Shown: positions 30,400 to 43,066 of the stretch, piece by piece
Position numbering within the stretch: the stretch's first letter is position 1
Layout of the letters: each line of letters starts with the position of its first letter
Assembly: GCA_963693365.1 (NCBI GenBank)
Contig: CAVNZM010000001.1
Coordinates: 19,786,125-19,850,124, forward strand
Direction of reading: 5' to 3'
Origin: Amoebidium appalachense
Lineage: Eukaryota; Protista; Ichthyosporea
DNA: 64,000 nucleotides
Translations under genes and position numbers: made by a program
Notes under the pieces: model-generated
The model's database searches: none
Seen by the model: the letters and a program-made list of their open reading frames with translations, nothing else
Told to the model about the DNA's origin: nothing

Positions 30400-30842
30400 C
30401 TTTGTGTTTTGTAACACAAGGAAGCTGTCGATCAAACATCATGGCGGGGGGCTAAGGTCCGATGATTTAACCATATTTAGTCTACTTGATATACTTGACT
30501 ATATGAACGTACGAGAAATAGAGTGGTGTTTCTTTCCTCAGGCTGATATCGCGACATATAGTGCTATGAAACTGAACCACTCCATCCTCCCCTCCTCCCT
30601 CCCCCCCCCCCCCCCCCCTTCTTCCCCCCCCCCCCCCCCCTCCCCCCCCCCCCCTCCCCCCCCCCCCCTCCCCCTCCCCCCCCCCCCCCCCCCCCCAAAA
30701 CTTTACTTCCATGCAACCGGGCATGGTTGCTCTGTGTCGTGCATCTGTAAGCACATACGCGTTTGTCGCTGCACTGCATTAGTTTGCACACACATCTTCA
30801 CCGTTTTGCTCACCTTGCTTGCATAAGCAACCCTGCTCGTCT

Positions 30843-31095
30843 TTGATCAAGACGGGTTGACCCACCCAAGTTCAGTTGATGCTGCTGTCTGAGTTGGAGC
30901 GTCGTATATACGCGGGCTAAGGGGTCGAAACTCAGACGCAATTGATGACTTGGGCCCTCCCTGAGGATGGGCTCTGCTTATGACGCATACTGTGCGCATG
31001 GCTGATGCTGCATACTTGAATGTTTGCCTTTGCATGTGTCCTGCATCATGCTTCTCATCGTCTATGCGTACTTCGTACTGTGTTCCGCATTCAAA
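30843..31095 (+). mobile_element. Full-length ~250-bp non-autonomous repeat (family A)
   Basis: Inverted near-identical copy of 16309-16562; internal long hairpin cccaagt/acttggg, tcagttg/caattga, gtctgagtt/aactcagac. Confidence 0.8.
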
Positions 31096-32394
31096 CCCCC
31101 CCCCCCAAAAAAAAAAAAAGAAAGAAAGAAAGAAGAAAAAAGAAATAAAATAAAGAAAGAAAGGTGAAAAGAAAGGAACACATACCAAGGTGCACGCAAC
31201 TACCGCCAACATGTTCGCATACTTGAGGATAATTTTCCCCCCTCTTAGGCTACACGCCGTGTCGATTTCTACTATCAACCCCCCCGCCCCCCCCCCCCTC
31301 CCCCCTTCCCCCCGCCCCTCGACCTGGCATTTCGCCGGGGATGGGCTCTGCTAATGATGCAAATGATTATGCATATGTGTGATATGTGTTGACCAAGTGC
31401 GCCGTGCAAACAGTTGCGCTCTGTAGCGGATTTTAAACCATTTCTTAGTAATACCCCTCGAGTGTTCCTCCCCAGGGCTTGCTACTCTACACCGGGGCTT
31501 CCCCTTCACCCTCCCCCCCTTCTCCCAACCAACCCCCTTCCCCCCTTCCCCCCCCCAAAAAAAAAGGAAAAGAAAAACTTTGAAAAAAAAAGAAAGCAAA
31601 GAACGAAATAGGGGAACAACACACGGTGTGACACAAACATGCACATGCACAACCCACACACACACACCTAGACACACACACGTGAAAAAGCTAATTCGCT
31701 CCCTCCCTTTTTAATTATTAATTTCGTTGGAAACAGTTAATCGTGGACATCTGCGCTCCCAAGGAGGGGGGAGGGAGGGAAGAGGGTATTCCACGGGTTA
31801 TCTTGAAGGCAGGACGTAGCAAATTTAAAGACACTGAAATTTAAAAGCCAGCTGAGCCCACAGAAAACGTGTTTATGGGACTGTGAACTTTGAAGATCTG
31901 CATACAACAAGTTGCGATTTGAATTTGGGGGGCGGGCAACGGAACAGGTCGCAGGCCATGGCTACGGAGTCCGAGGGCAAACTGGGGGTGAATGAGATGG
32001 CTTCCACAAGAAGCACGATCGATATCGTAGAGTTGCCGAAGTAGGTCGAGAAAAATGTACAGGTGGGGCATGCACGGTGCTCTAGAATCAAGTTGTTAAA
32101 CCGCTGTGTTTGCAGGTGGCGAGGAATATTGCCGCATATGTGCGTGCCATGAATCCGATATATATGTACGCGGTTGTAGGTGTGCGTGTATTTTACACTG
32201 TGCACGTGACATCCCGTGTAACGTTTGTGAGCTGCGCGCGTGTGTGTGACACTTTGTATCCGTACGTATGCAAATGGATGTGTGGGTGGGTGTGGGTGTG
32301 GATGTGGATGTGCGCGGGGGGCCGAGCGCGCGTGTGTGGTGTGTGCGGGTGTGTTGTGTGTGTTGTGTGTGTTGTGTGTGTTGTGTGTGTGTGC

Positions 32395-32441
<47 letters not shown>

Positions 32442-33091
32442 TGTGTGCGTGTGTGCGTGCGTGTGTGTGCGTGTCTGCGTGTGTGCGTGTGTGTGTGTGC
32501 ACGGTTAGCGTTGTGTGCGCGTGTGTGCCGTGTGTACGTGTGTACGCGTGTGTGCGTGTGTGCGTGTGTGCGTGTGTGTGCGTGTGTGCCGTGTGTGCGT
32601 GTGTGCGTGTGTGTGTGTGTGCGTCTGTGTGTGTTTGTGCGTGTGTTCTTTTATATCTCCATGCGGCCACGTGTATAGTGCCGCGGCGCGGGTCATGATG
32701 CCCGCGGCCCCGCCGGCACCGCAGGACTCGGGAGTCCGGACCCGGTGTATCCTTCCGCCAATCAGAGCTGTAAGCGCAATAACCAATCATACTTGAAGCA
32801 CGTCAAGGGGGACTCCTGGGGGAGAAGGTTGACGATATATCTCCACCTGTGAAAGGAATCAGAAATTTCAATATGCAGGAACTTCTCGGTTTGTTATAAT
32901 GCGGCCCTAGCGGCCTCTGGTGATATAACGAGCAATGGATCTTTTGTTTTTTTATACATTATTAGATATTTGCTTGATGACTGCTCTGAGGCGGTGCACT
33001 CGCGAACGGCCGCATGGCGGCCGGCCGCTTGCGGCATCTTCACCCTAAACCCCAAGAGTGCTTCCGATTGGTTACTGCATTGTAGCTTGGG

Positions 33092-33100
33092 TATATAAAC
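33092..33100 (+). promoter_or_regulatory. Candidate TATA box (TATATAAAC) with upstream CCAAT for the MFS gene
   Basis: TATATAAA about 230 bp upstream of ATG 33324; GATTGG about 25 bp further upstream. Confidence 0.4.
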
Positions 33101-33323
33101 AACGCTTCGTGTTCATCACTCGCCAAAGCTGTGCATACATCAGCCTACTTACAACTGCTCGCTGCAACTAGCCTGCAAGACCGTGAAATTGGCCCAAGCC
33201 TTTAGAGCAGGTTGGCTCACAAGCTCTACTTTCAGGATATAAATGGCATTAGTTTGCGAGAATCAACAATACAATCGCTGATCGGCCCCGAACTCGGTAC
33301 TTTCCCTAGCTAGTGGTGTGGAA

Positions 33324-33967
33324 ATGGATAAAGATGAGAAAGTTAATCCCATAAGTGGCACGAGCGCAATAATGGTCGCCGAGTTGGAAAGCGATGGGCT
33401 CCATGGTAGGAACTTGCCAGAACAATACTGGCAGAAAGTGAGCGGATTGATGAGCTCACACTGGTACATCTGTATGGGCCATGTCTTTGAATGGTACGGT
33501 GTGGCACAAGCACGCATGCATATGATACATGGACTCGAGATTAGGGAACAGGCTATTGATTTCAACTTTCTCCTCAAAACACGGTGGAAAGGGGGTGAAT
33601 TCGAAGGGGTAAGGGGCAGTTCGGGGGTGGGGTTGAAGGGGGGGGGGGTGGGGGGGGGGGGGGGGAAGAGTCGAATGAAACGGGAAGGAGGGAACTCGAG
33701 GGTTAGTTTAATCACTTTTATAATCGAAGGCCTTCTCATGCACGTGTTTGGCCGTCTATGTTGAATATGCTGCACAAGGGAGCACATGCGCAATCCTTGT
33801 GGGCCTCCAAGTTCCCCAGCTGTGTCAGCGGCCTGCATGAGCTTGCACTTGTGTGCTTTTGTTAATTATGTGCAATGTGCTCGTGTGTTTGTGTGTGCAA
33901 GAGGGGGAGAAAGTAAGAGAGAGAGGGAGAGAGGGACAGAGAGGGGGGGGGGGGGGGGGGGGGGGGG

Positions 33968-34019
<52 letters not shown>

Positions 34020-34042
34020 GTGTGTGTGTGTGTTTGTGTTTG

Positions 34043-34085
<43 letters not shown>

Positions 34086-36092
34086 GTGCCCACACGTGCG
34101 CGAGTTCACGCGTGTTTCGACTATGTGTGTGTGTGTGTGTGTGTGCGGTGAGTGACTGCGCGTGACTGTGTGTGTCTGTGTGCTTGTGTGTGTGTAACTT
34201 TCTGTCTGCGTGTATATATGTGTACCTAATGGGTGTGTGGCATGCACTTGCCACAGTCATCATGTCGATCAGTGACCTATTACCTTCCTCAAATCTTCCC
34301 CACGTGTGTGTACTGTGCGTGCGTACGTGTGTGCATGCGTGCGTGCTGCTTGTGCGCGTGCGTACTGCTTGTGCGCGCACGTGCATGCGTGCGTCGCGGC
34401 ATGCGTGCGTGCGTATGTGCGTGCGTGCGTGCGTGTGTGCGTGTGTGCGTGTGTGCATGTGTGCGTTCGTTCGTGCGCTCGTGCGTGCGTGCGTGTGTGC
34501 GTGCGTGCGTGCGTGTGTGCGTGCGTGCGTGTGTGCGTGCGTGCGTGCGTCACGGTGCATGCGTGCGTGCGTGCGTGCGTGCGTTCGTTCGTGCGTGCGT
34601 GCGTGCGTGAGTGCGTGCGCATACATAATACTATGCGTGTGTGAGCGCGCACACGTATGTGTGCACGTGCCTTGCTTTTTTTGCCCCCAAAAAGTTTCTT
34701 TTCTTTCTTTTTTTTTTTTTTTGAGGAGCAGGGGGGGTGTTGGGGGGGCGGGGGGGATTGCTGATCAATGAGAACACATCGATCAGGTACGAGTTCGGCA
34801 TCTACGGCTATCTTGCACCGCAGCTGCAGACAAACTTCTTCCGCCACAACAGCACCGTCACATGGGCCATCTTTGCTCTCTCCTTCATCATGCGCCCTAT
34901 AGGTGCCCTCGTGTTTGGCTGGCTGGGCGATGTGCACGGCAGACGTATCTCCATGCTCATGTCCATTATAGGCATGACATTTGCATCGTTTCTGCCCGGG
35001 TTCCTTCCGTCATACTACACCTGTGGTGCGGGCAGTGCGGCAGGGACAGCTGGGACGGTCATTTTCATTGTGTTGAGATGTGTGCAGGGGTTCTGCGTGG
35101 GTGGCGAGGTGGGTGTGTGCACCATACAGTTGGCAGAGCTGCAGAACAAGGATATATTGGGTGCAGGCGCGGGCATTCTTTCTGTTGCAGCAAATTTAGG
35201 AACATTATTGGCTGTTGGAGTTGTGAACGTCTTGGTATCATGTTTGTCTTCAGACCAGATGGATCTATGGGGCTGGCGTGTGCCCTATTTGCTCGTTATT
35301 TTCCCGGGCATTGTATCGATTTACCGGCGATCAAAGGCGTCGGAGACATCCGTTTTTGAAGCAGAGGTGTGTAACAATACACACTCTATCAATGCTGAAA
35401 AGAGCACAGACACACGGGCCGAGTCACCCATCCGCCCCAGTTTCAGGCGAAAGTTTCTGTCGCCATTGTTCCAGATTGTTCGGGAATATCCAATCAACTG
35501 TGGCATAGTTTTGCTCGGCACGTGTTCGATGGGAAGCAGCGCGTACGTGGGCGGTTCATGGGCAACAACGTTTGTTGAGGACTATGGGACGGCGGCACCA
35601 AACGGTGCACTAACAGCAACTGTAATTAGCACCATCATATCCATAATAACGGTGATAGTTATGGCTCCATTTGTAGACATGTTTGGAATCGGGTGTGTGA
35701 TGTGTGTTACAACAGCTGCCGCCATTCCCTTGACGGTTTTAGTGTGGGTGGGGATCATATGGCAGCTTGAAAATCCAAATCCGATGGGCTGCTATTTCTT
35801 TCTTGTGTGGACAGGATTGGTGAAGATATTTTCTGGAAGTTCCTACTGGGTTGCAGAGCTATTTCCTACCCATGTAAGGGTCACCGGGTTTTTGTTCAAC
35901 AACATCACGCTTGCTATTTTTGGAGGGTTGGGTCCGCTTGTTGCTGATGTTTTGGCTGAGAAGAGTGTTTGGGCTCCGATGGGCTTTCTGGTTTTGGTTG
36001 CTGTATTATCTGCTGTAGTTGTGAATGCGACGTATTTTGCACACAGGCGGAAGCATTTGGTGGCTGCATACATCCGCCCGGAACTCTATTAA
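33324..36092 (+). CDS. MFS transporter, metabolite:H+ symporter (MHS/ProP-like) family, 2 exons
   Basis: Exons 33324-33493 and 34787-36092 join to give GHVFEW|[10 protein letters not shown]; [48 protein letters not shown]; about 12 hydrophobic segments. Confidence 0.9.
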
Positions 36093-36594
36093 CCATTTTG
36101 TTAATTGCACAGTCAGTTAATGCTTACACTCCCTATTTATTTTGCTTTATCATTTCCCTTCCTTGTTGTAGGGGTCAAATGCCAGATAACCAAATACATA
36201 TTAGTGATACAGTATGAATATCGTGTTTGTAAATGTATCATACAGCAATGCCGGGTCAGTGGCAGAACCATTGCATAAACGCCATTTCTACAAGTTCACA
36301 TTTCCGAACCCTAGCTAGGAATTATACAGTTGAGTGTTACAGTACCTGTTACAGCAACACCGTAAGTTTTGGTCTAGTTGTGCTGAGGAACCTCCTTAGA
36401 ATGCACGGATCACCTATATGACAATCTTCTTAATACATATTGCAAAGTGAGTTAGTTGACTGCAGAGGAAGAAACCCTGCAGGTCGATGCTATACAAACA
36501 ACACTCCTACGGTACCTGAATATAAAGCTGAGGGGATATACCAATGGGAGGCAAACCCCCCCTTCCCCTCCCCCCCCCCCCCCCTCCCTCCCCC

Positions 36595-36639
<45 letters not shown>

Positions 36640-37004
36640 ACACGCACACCCAAGAAAAACAAACAAAAAAAAAACAACCAAAACAGCTCTCCGTATAAGG
36701 CCTCTTGCATAGATCCGATTCTCAGTCTGTGCCTTGAGTAAACATAGCAAACACGCAAACCTACAGTTCGAATCATACTGACGGTGACATCCGATGTAAA
36801 TGGGTTCAGCGATAATTTTCTACATACAGTAAGGTAAAAGTGAAGCAGTCCCATGTATTTCCATGCCCAATTTACGGAATCCGATCAAACAGCATGCAGA
36901 AATACAACAACCGGCATGCATATGGTCACACTCAGTAGTGCGGCATGTAACCATCCGTTCCGTCCATGGCATCCGTTTCATCGGTATCCATGCCCGCGGG
37001 GCCT

Positions 37005-37288
37005 TTAGTCGGATTTGGCAATGCCTGGCTCGGTGGGGGGGACACAAATAATATCCGCACAATTTTCATAATTTTCGAATGGCATCCTGTGTTGGGCCTG
37101 CCAATGCCACCGCAGAACCCATCTGCCGGGGCGCACGTTTGCAGGAATATTAATCGCCCATGCCGTCGAGGCTCCCGGAGCGGCGCAGTCCATTTTGGAT
37201 GCGATCAAAGTTGAAGAAAAGGTGGTGGGGTCGAGTAGGGATACCGAGCAGGGGCCGATGTGTGGCGCAGGGATCGTCATGCTGAGTA

Positions 37289-37332
<44 letters not shown>

Positions 37333-39394
37333 CGCGCACGCGGGGAGGGGGGAGGGGGTCAGCAGTAGTTACACGTATATGTACACGGTCTGTTTCATGT
37401 TACGGTGCAAGTCGAGGTGGATCCCCATATATGGCAGTGTATATGGTGGAGGTAACTTGGTGCTAGATGTGTGTTGTACCTTGGGCCAGTCGAGGGTGTT
37501 TGTACCACTGCCTCAGGGGAGCTTACCGTCTTCCGCCTAGACACAGATCGTACTGTATAGCACACTCATAAGTCAGGATTCTAATTGACCCCAACTGGCA
37601 CTATTTTTAGTTACGCCTTATCCCACGGTTCTAGCCGCAGCAACGCTAGTGGGGAAATGAGCACAGCTCACTTTAACAACACCAGCCGGGAGCGACCCGG
37701 GACACATACACAAACATAAAGACTTGAAAGGGAAGACCCCATGCCCAGGACGCTGACCCGAACTGTGGCCGGTGACTCGGATTGGTCTCCCACTTGAACG
37801 TTGGGCCGGGATGCCCAAGCGGCGCGCCGTCGACGTCAGAGGGCCGGTGCTGTTCATGACGTCATGTCTTACGGCCGGGTGATAACAAATTGGTGGTGCT
37901 GCTTTGACGTGGTCTGGGGTGATGGCTTCTAGGGGGCGGCCAGACCGGTGGACCGTCGAGGCAGAAAAAAATCGGAAGTAACCAGGATCGATCCTGCGAC
38001 TTTGAGCTTGACACGCAGAGATCTTACCATTGCACCAACTATATGTACACGGTCTGTTTCATGTTACGGTGCAAGTCGAGGTGGATCCCCATATATGGCA
38101 GTGTATATGGTGGAGGTAACTTGGTGCTAGATGTGTGTTGTACCTTGGGCCAGTCGAGGGTGTTTGTACCACTGCCTCAGGGGAGCTTACCGTCTTCCGC
38201 CTAGACACAGATCGTACTGTATAGCACACTCATAAGTCAGGATTCTAATTGACCCCAACTGGCACTATTTTTAGTTACGCCTTATCCCACGGTTCTAGCC
38301 GCAGCAACGCTAGTGGGGAAATGAGCACAGCTCACTTTAACAACACCAGCCGGGAGCGACCCGGGACACATACACAAACATAAAGACTTGAAAGGGAAGA
38401 CCCCATGCCCAGGACGCTGACCCGAACTGTGGCCGGTGACTCGGATTGGTCTCCCACTTGAACGTTGGGCCGGGATGCCCAAGCGGCGCGCCGTCGACGT
38501 CAGAGGGCCGGTGCTGTTCATGACGTCATGTCTTACGGCCGGGTGATAACAAATTGGTGGTGCTGCTTTGACGTGGTCTGGGGTGATGGCTTCTAGGGGG
38601 CGGCCAGACCGGTGGACCGTCGAGGCAGAAAAAAATCGGAAGTAACCAGGATCGATCCTGCGACTTTGAGCTTGACACGCAGAGATCTTACCATTGCACC
38701 AACCCGCCCCCCTATACTTTGCAGTTGCTGTGTGTGAATCTAGACACATTGTGTGCGTTTATGTGTGTGTGTGTGTGTGTACAAACAAAAACTTTTCGGC
38801 GGCAGGACTCTGTGCCACTTTGTCTAGGACCATTCCTGTGAACGGTGTGATGATGTTAGGGTATGTGCGTGCGCGTGCGCACACGTGTGTGTGTATGTGT
38901 GCGCGCGTATTTGCGCGTGTTCGTGTGTGAGCGGTTGTGCTTAACACTGGTGTGATATTCCCTGCCAGTGATGATCTATCATGGCGTGTGCCATGTGGCG
39001 TTGTAACCGTGCACGTGCAAGTGTACACCTTAAGCATGTTCATGCGCATCACTGCCTTGCACCTGTTGCCCACCTGCTTCTACACGAGGTTCCAACATGC
39101 TAAGGGGAAAATATGCGGCCGAACTAGCAGGTAAGGCAGGAGTGCTGACGGCTTCACCTACACAAGATTGAAGCTTCGGCCCACTGTGGCAGTGATGGGC
39201 CCCTGGGGTTCCCCACGGCAAAGCTTGCCGGAAAAGTTGGGTGCCTTTACGCGATCGATCGCGAAACTGAGGTACTTAGCATCACGGCTGGGCGGAAAGC
39301 TCATGTAGCCGTGTGCTTGCACCTGGTCGGGGAGGAGGGCAGAGAGAAGAAACAGACTGGCAGCAAAGGGAAACACACGTAGCACGGTCGGCAT
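37005..39394 (-). CDS. Secreted lytic polysaccharide monooxygenase-like (His-brace copper) protein, 2 exons
   Basis: Exons 39394-39162 and 37281-37005. Signal peptide ending VQA followed by H-G-Y-M..PPSR; second His in HIGPC.VSL; VLRW.W...E.Y.NCAD terminal motif typical of LPMO folds. The C-terminus may be longer (see findings). Confidence 0.8.
37376..38703 (-). mobile_element. Two head-to-tail 664-bp copies of a tRNA-headed (SINE-like) element in the LPMO intron
   Basis: 37376-38039 and 38040-38703 appear identical. The minus-strand 5' end is tRNA-like with A and B boxes; a homologous fragment lies at 59823-59990. Confidence 0.75.
38637..38711 (-). pseudogene. tRNA-Asp(GTC)-like head / tRNA pseudogene (second copy near 37973-38039)
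   Basis: GGGGCGGGTTGGTGCAATGGTAAGATCTCTGCGTGTCAAGC...GCAGGATCGATCCTG: A box TGGTGCAATGG, GTC in the anticodon-loop position, B box GATCGATCC, T-run just downstream. Acceptor and anticodon stems are degenerate. Confidence 0.55.
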
Positions 39395-40391
39395 TTTGAA
39401 AGCAAAAACGGTGCACATATGATGTGCAACTGTAGCTCTTCGTGAGTTGTTACGGCATGGACAGTCTCGTAGGCTTAAGTTTCACAACTAGATGTGCCCT
39501 CAAACTCTAGAAAGCCGTGGCTTGTCGTTTGCAGTTGTGCTCTCTGTTCTGAACCGAACTGTGCGGTTTTGTGCATATGCTGTGAAGTGAAGGCTTGCTG
39601 TCCCCCCTCTTGTCTCTCGTGTATTTGTCCCGCGGGGCTGAAAAAAACGCACATTCTCCTGTTAAAAAGGTGCGATCCGAACCAATCAACCAGAAAGTGC
39701 TGAGTGATCGGATTGGTACGGAGCGCATCATATAAGTCCCCACAAACTTCTTTTATTGATAAGGATAAACTACAGCTAGGGTCCACTCCAACACACTCTT
39801 CATGGCAATAAAAGCCAAAAAAAAAACCCGCCTTACAAAATCTTAATGTGTTTGGCTGGGACCTAATCCCTGCACGGCCGGGTGCTACATATTTTGTAAT
39901 TGCCAGGAAGGCCTCACACATACGACGTAACGACACCATGGGCGACAGACTCGTGAAGTTTTTATTGTCTTCTCCGTATGCCGTGCATACTTGCATATCT
40001 TTCCGTTGAATCAATCCAGTCAAAAGAAAAGGGCGACAGACGAGTTTCGACACCCCACACAACAAAAGGTTTCGGGGGACCTATGCTGTACTGCGGTTGG
40101 GCACGTGCGCGGCACCGTCAGGCCGTCACGTGCCTTTCTAAGGTTGGCTTTGAAATGCAGCTCAGTGCTCTCTATTCTGCTCCTTACACTTTGCTTGACA
40201 AACGTGTAAAGAACGAGAGCGTTTACAGTAAAGAAGTTGGAAGATAATGTAGACGTGCTTCCCATGGCCAGAACGAGAGAAAGTTTGAGTAAGAGCAGAT
40301 ATGAATGCACACTAGATGTTGACGTCACACGAACAAGCAAAAAGATATGAAGGAAAGTAATAACCTATATACTTGCTAAGAGTGTGCCAAC

Positions 40392-41843
40392 ATGGGGGCG
40401 TGCTTAAGCACACTTTTTTGCTTTTATACGAATAATGGAACAGAAGAAGATTCCTTGGGCCTCCACTTGGTCCAGATAGATGACTCCACCCTCACACATG
40501 TTTTCTCGCTTCTTCCACTTCAAGACCGTGGTTCCTGCTCCTTGGTGTCAAAACGATGGTGCAAACTAGTTCGCTGCACACCTCTGAGGCAGAAACATCA
40601 CTTTCATACACAGACAGGGTGGACGCTTCAAGCGGGCACAAGTGTGTGGGGGCAGTCTCTACGCTCCATTTCCCTTTCCTTGTCTGGGGCCAGCGTCTTG
40701 GAAACATGCACTCAACTGACAGAGATTCTTGCAGCAACCCCTAACGTTACAGCCATTGAAATCTTCAGCTTAAACCCAGGCTTTATCGAAATCATCGCTG
40801 CACAGGCACAAAAACTGGTGTCGTGCTCGGTTTTCTTTCTGGGTGACACTTTGCCAGTTCTTGATGTTTCCCGTTTTTCAAGCTGTGCACATCTAGAGAC
40901 TATTTACATCCATGACTACAGCTGCACACTCACATCACACAAAGTTGCTGGGCTGGAAAGGCTGGGACAGGAGCACAAGTTGAAAAACATCCATCTGCGC
41001 ACACACCTCTCATCAGATACAATCAAATCACTGAGTCACTGCCAGACAATTGAGCACCTCTCACTTCATGAGTGCATGCACGACCCCCTCCTTACCCTTG
41101 AGCCGCTTTCCAATCTCTCTTTCCTTAGGTATTTGTCATGTCAAGCGGAGATTCTTGCGGACATCACAGTTTGGCCACTCGAAGATTTGTTCATCACTCT
41201 TGGTCCGGCCGTTTCCATCCCCACGTGCACCACAGTAACTTCGCTCCGAGTCATCAGCCAGCAGACATGCGGTCAGCCACTTTCCTCACTCATCTCTCCT
41301 CTTCCCAAGCTCAAGCGCTTGTCTGCTAATCTCTCCCACATGGTAGATGTTTCGGTCATCTCTTCTCACACCTCTCTTACATCCCTGGAACTCCGATCTG
41401 AAAAGTCGTTTGATTTGGCGCCTGTGGCTACCTGCACCAAGATCGCCAACCTATCCCTCGGAACCGCACAAAGACTAGTGCTGTCACCCCTTGCCCATTG
41501 CACACAACTGAAAGAGCTGGCAATCGAGTGTTCATACGCATCGGGAAAAGATCTTCACCATTTGGCCAAGTGTATAAATCTTCAAAGCTTGGCGGTTTGT
41601 GTAAATGGTCCTAGCACAGAAGGCAACACCGGTATTTCTTTCCTTGCCTCTTGTTCTCGTTTGCATGAAATCACACTAATAGGCAAGATCTTTGAAACCT
41701 CGCTTGAGTGCTTGTGCTTTCTTCCCTCCCTCACACACGTGTCGCTCGACGTGCGAAATAGCTATAGCGAGGAAACCATGCAAAAGTTGAAAAAGCACGT
41801 TCAAGCTCGGGGCGGAAGTGTTCGTCGTGGGTTGACTTTCTAA
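40392..41843 (+). CDS. F-box/LRR protein, intronless, possible N-myristoylation/palmitoylation
   Basis: 483-aa ORF; F-box IDDSTLTHVFSLLPLQDRGSCSLVSKRW; repeated LxxLxxLxL units; N-terminus MGACLS. Confidence 0.85.
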   Translation: MGACLSTLFCFYTNNGTEEDSLGLHLVQIDDSTLTHVFSLLPLQDRGSCSLVSKRWCKLVRCTPLRQKHHFHTQTGWTLQAGTSVWGQSLRSISLSLSGASVLETCTQLTEILAATPNVTAIEIFSLNPGFIEIIAAQAQKLVSCSVFFLGDTLPVLDVSRFSSCAHLETIYIHDYSCTLTSHKVAGLERLGQEHKLKNIHLRTHLSSDTIKSLSHCQTIEHLSLHECMHDPLLTLEPLSNLSFLRYLSCQAEILADITVWPLEDLFITLGPAVSIPTCTTVTSLRVISQQTCGQPLSSLISPLPKLKRLSANLSHMVDVSVISSHTSLTSLELRSEKSFDLAPVATCTKIANLSLGTAQRLVLSPLAHCTQLKELAIECSYASGKDLHHLAKCINLQSLAVCVNGPSTEGNTGISFLASCSRLHEITLIGKIFETSLECLCFLPSLTHVSLDVRNSYSEETMQKLKKHVQARGGSVRRGLTF

Positions 41844-42492
41844 TCTACTCTCCTCGCTTTGCTTCACACGCACATTTTATGTGGTTCTTTTCGCCTTTTT
41901 CGCGCTCCTACCACTGCAGGCTAGGCTGCACTGTGTGTGGGTTTGGCACATACATAGGTGATGTGTGTGGAAGCTCAGACCGTGGCTGATTACCTAAATG
42001 CTCAAGGCCGCTTATAAATTTTCACGGGCACCTCTGTTACTAAATTAACAATAATGCCAGGCATCCTCGCACCCCTGCTATTATAAGAACCTCGGTGTAC
42101 TGTAACACTAGGAATCCGGCCGTCTCCCACACTAGGGGCCCTCCTTCCCACCCCCTCCCTTCTCCCTCCGCCCCCCTTCCAAGGTCTCTCATCCACCTAC
42201 CCATTCGGTGACATCAAAAAACAGTTAAAGCATCGTTACAACATCATGCAAATTTATAATCCCGAGACACCTTTGTATTTTGCATTGGTTTAGTTCCCCA
42301 ATACAACTTGTTTACTCCTCAAAGATTTCATAGATAGAATCTAAATCTCTCAAAGATAAGAAACAGCTTAAGCTCACACTTAAAATCAGATTATATTATC
42401 AGTACGTCTTTGATACCTGCCCACTATTCGAGTTTGCAGAAAATCATTCTTGTCCGCATTCTTTCCCCCCTTCTCCCCCCCCCCCCCCCCCC

Positions 42493-42542
<50 letters not shown>

Positions 42543-42981
42543 AAAAAAAAAAAAAAAAGCAACGGTTCCGTCTGGATCCACATTTTGGATTGGCCCTTTA
42601 AATGTATTCAGTGGCACAATCAGATGTGTCTCAACTTTCGAGTTGCATACATATTAGGGTGTGTTTAGCCTATATGGTGCCCAGCGGGTGTGCTACTGTG
42701 TCTTTATACCGTAAGTTGTTGTTTTGTCGGTGGTAGGTGGCAGTGTTCCAGGCTTGAGTGGCAGAGTCAACAGCTATTGTACCAGTGCATACGTTTGTCT
42801 GTGCGTGTATTACATGAAAGCCCATAATTGTAATCTGTGTTGTCCGTGTACAAGTCTCTGCAATCGGCGCAGCGGGAAAGGAGGCGGTGGGAAGAGGGGG
42901 AAGGGGGGAGGCAGCATCCCTGAAACTCTGTACTGTGCGTAATATTTATTGTGATCACATATGCATGTGGCCCCCCTCTCT

Positions 42982-43066
<85 letters not shown>

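Noticed and set aside
30915-31010. C/D-box snoRNA within family A (TTGATGA ... CTGA)
   Set aside because: The boxes are not conserved in diverged copies, and no terminal stem or rRNA-antisense element could be identified by eye.
34737-34786. ORF-track start of the 451-aa MFS protein
   Set aside because: It is intronic; the real N-terminus is exon 33324-33493, which restores the conserved EWY(D/E)F motif.
37376-38703. LTR pair of a retrotransposon
   Set aside because: The units abut with no internal region, and no TG..CA ends, PBS or PPT were found.
38637-38711. Functional tRNA-Asp gene
   Set aside because: Acceptor and anticodon stems do not pair properly, the T-loop reads GATCGA, and it is embedded in a repeated element.
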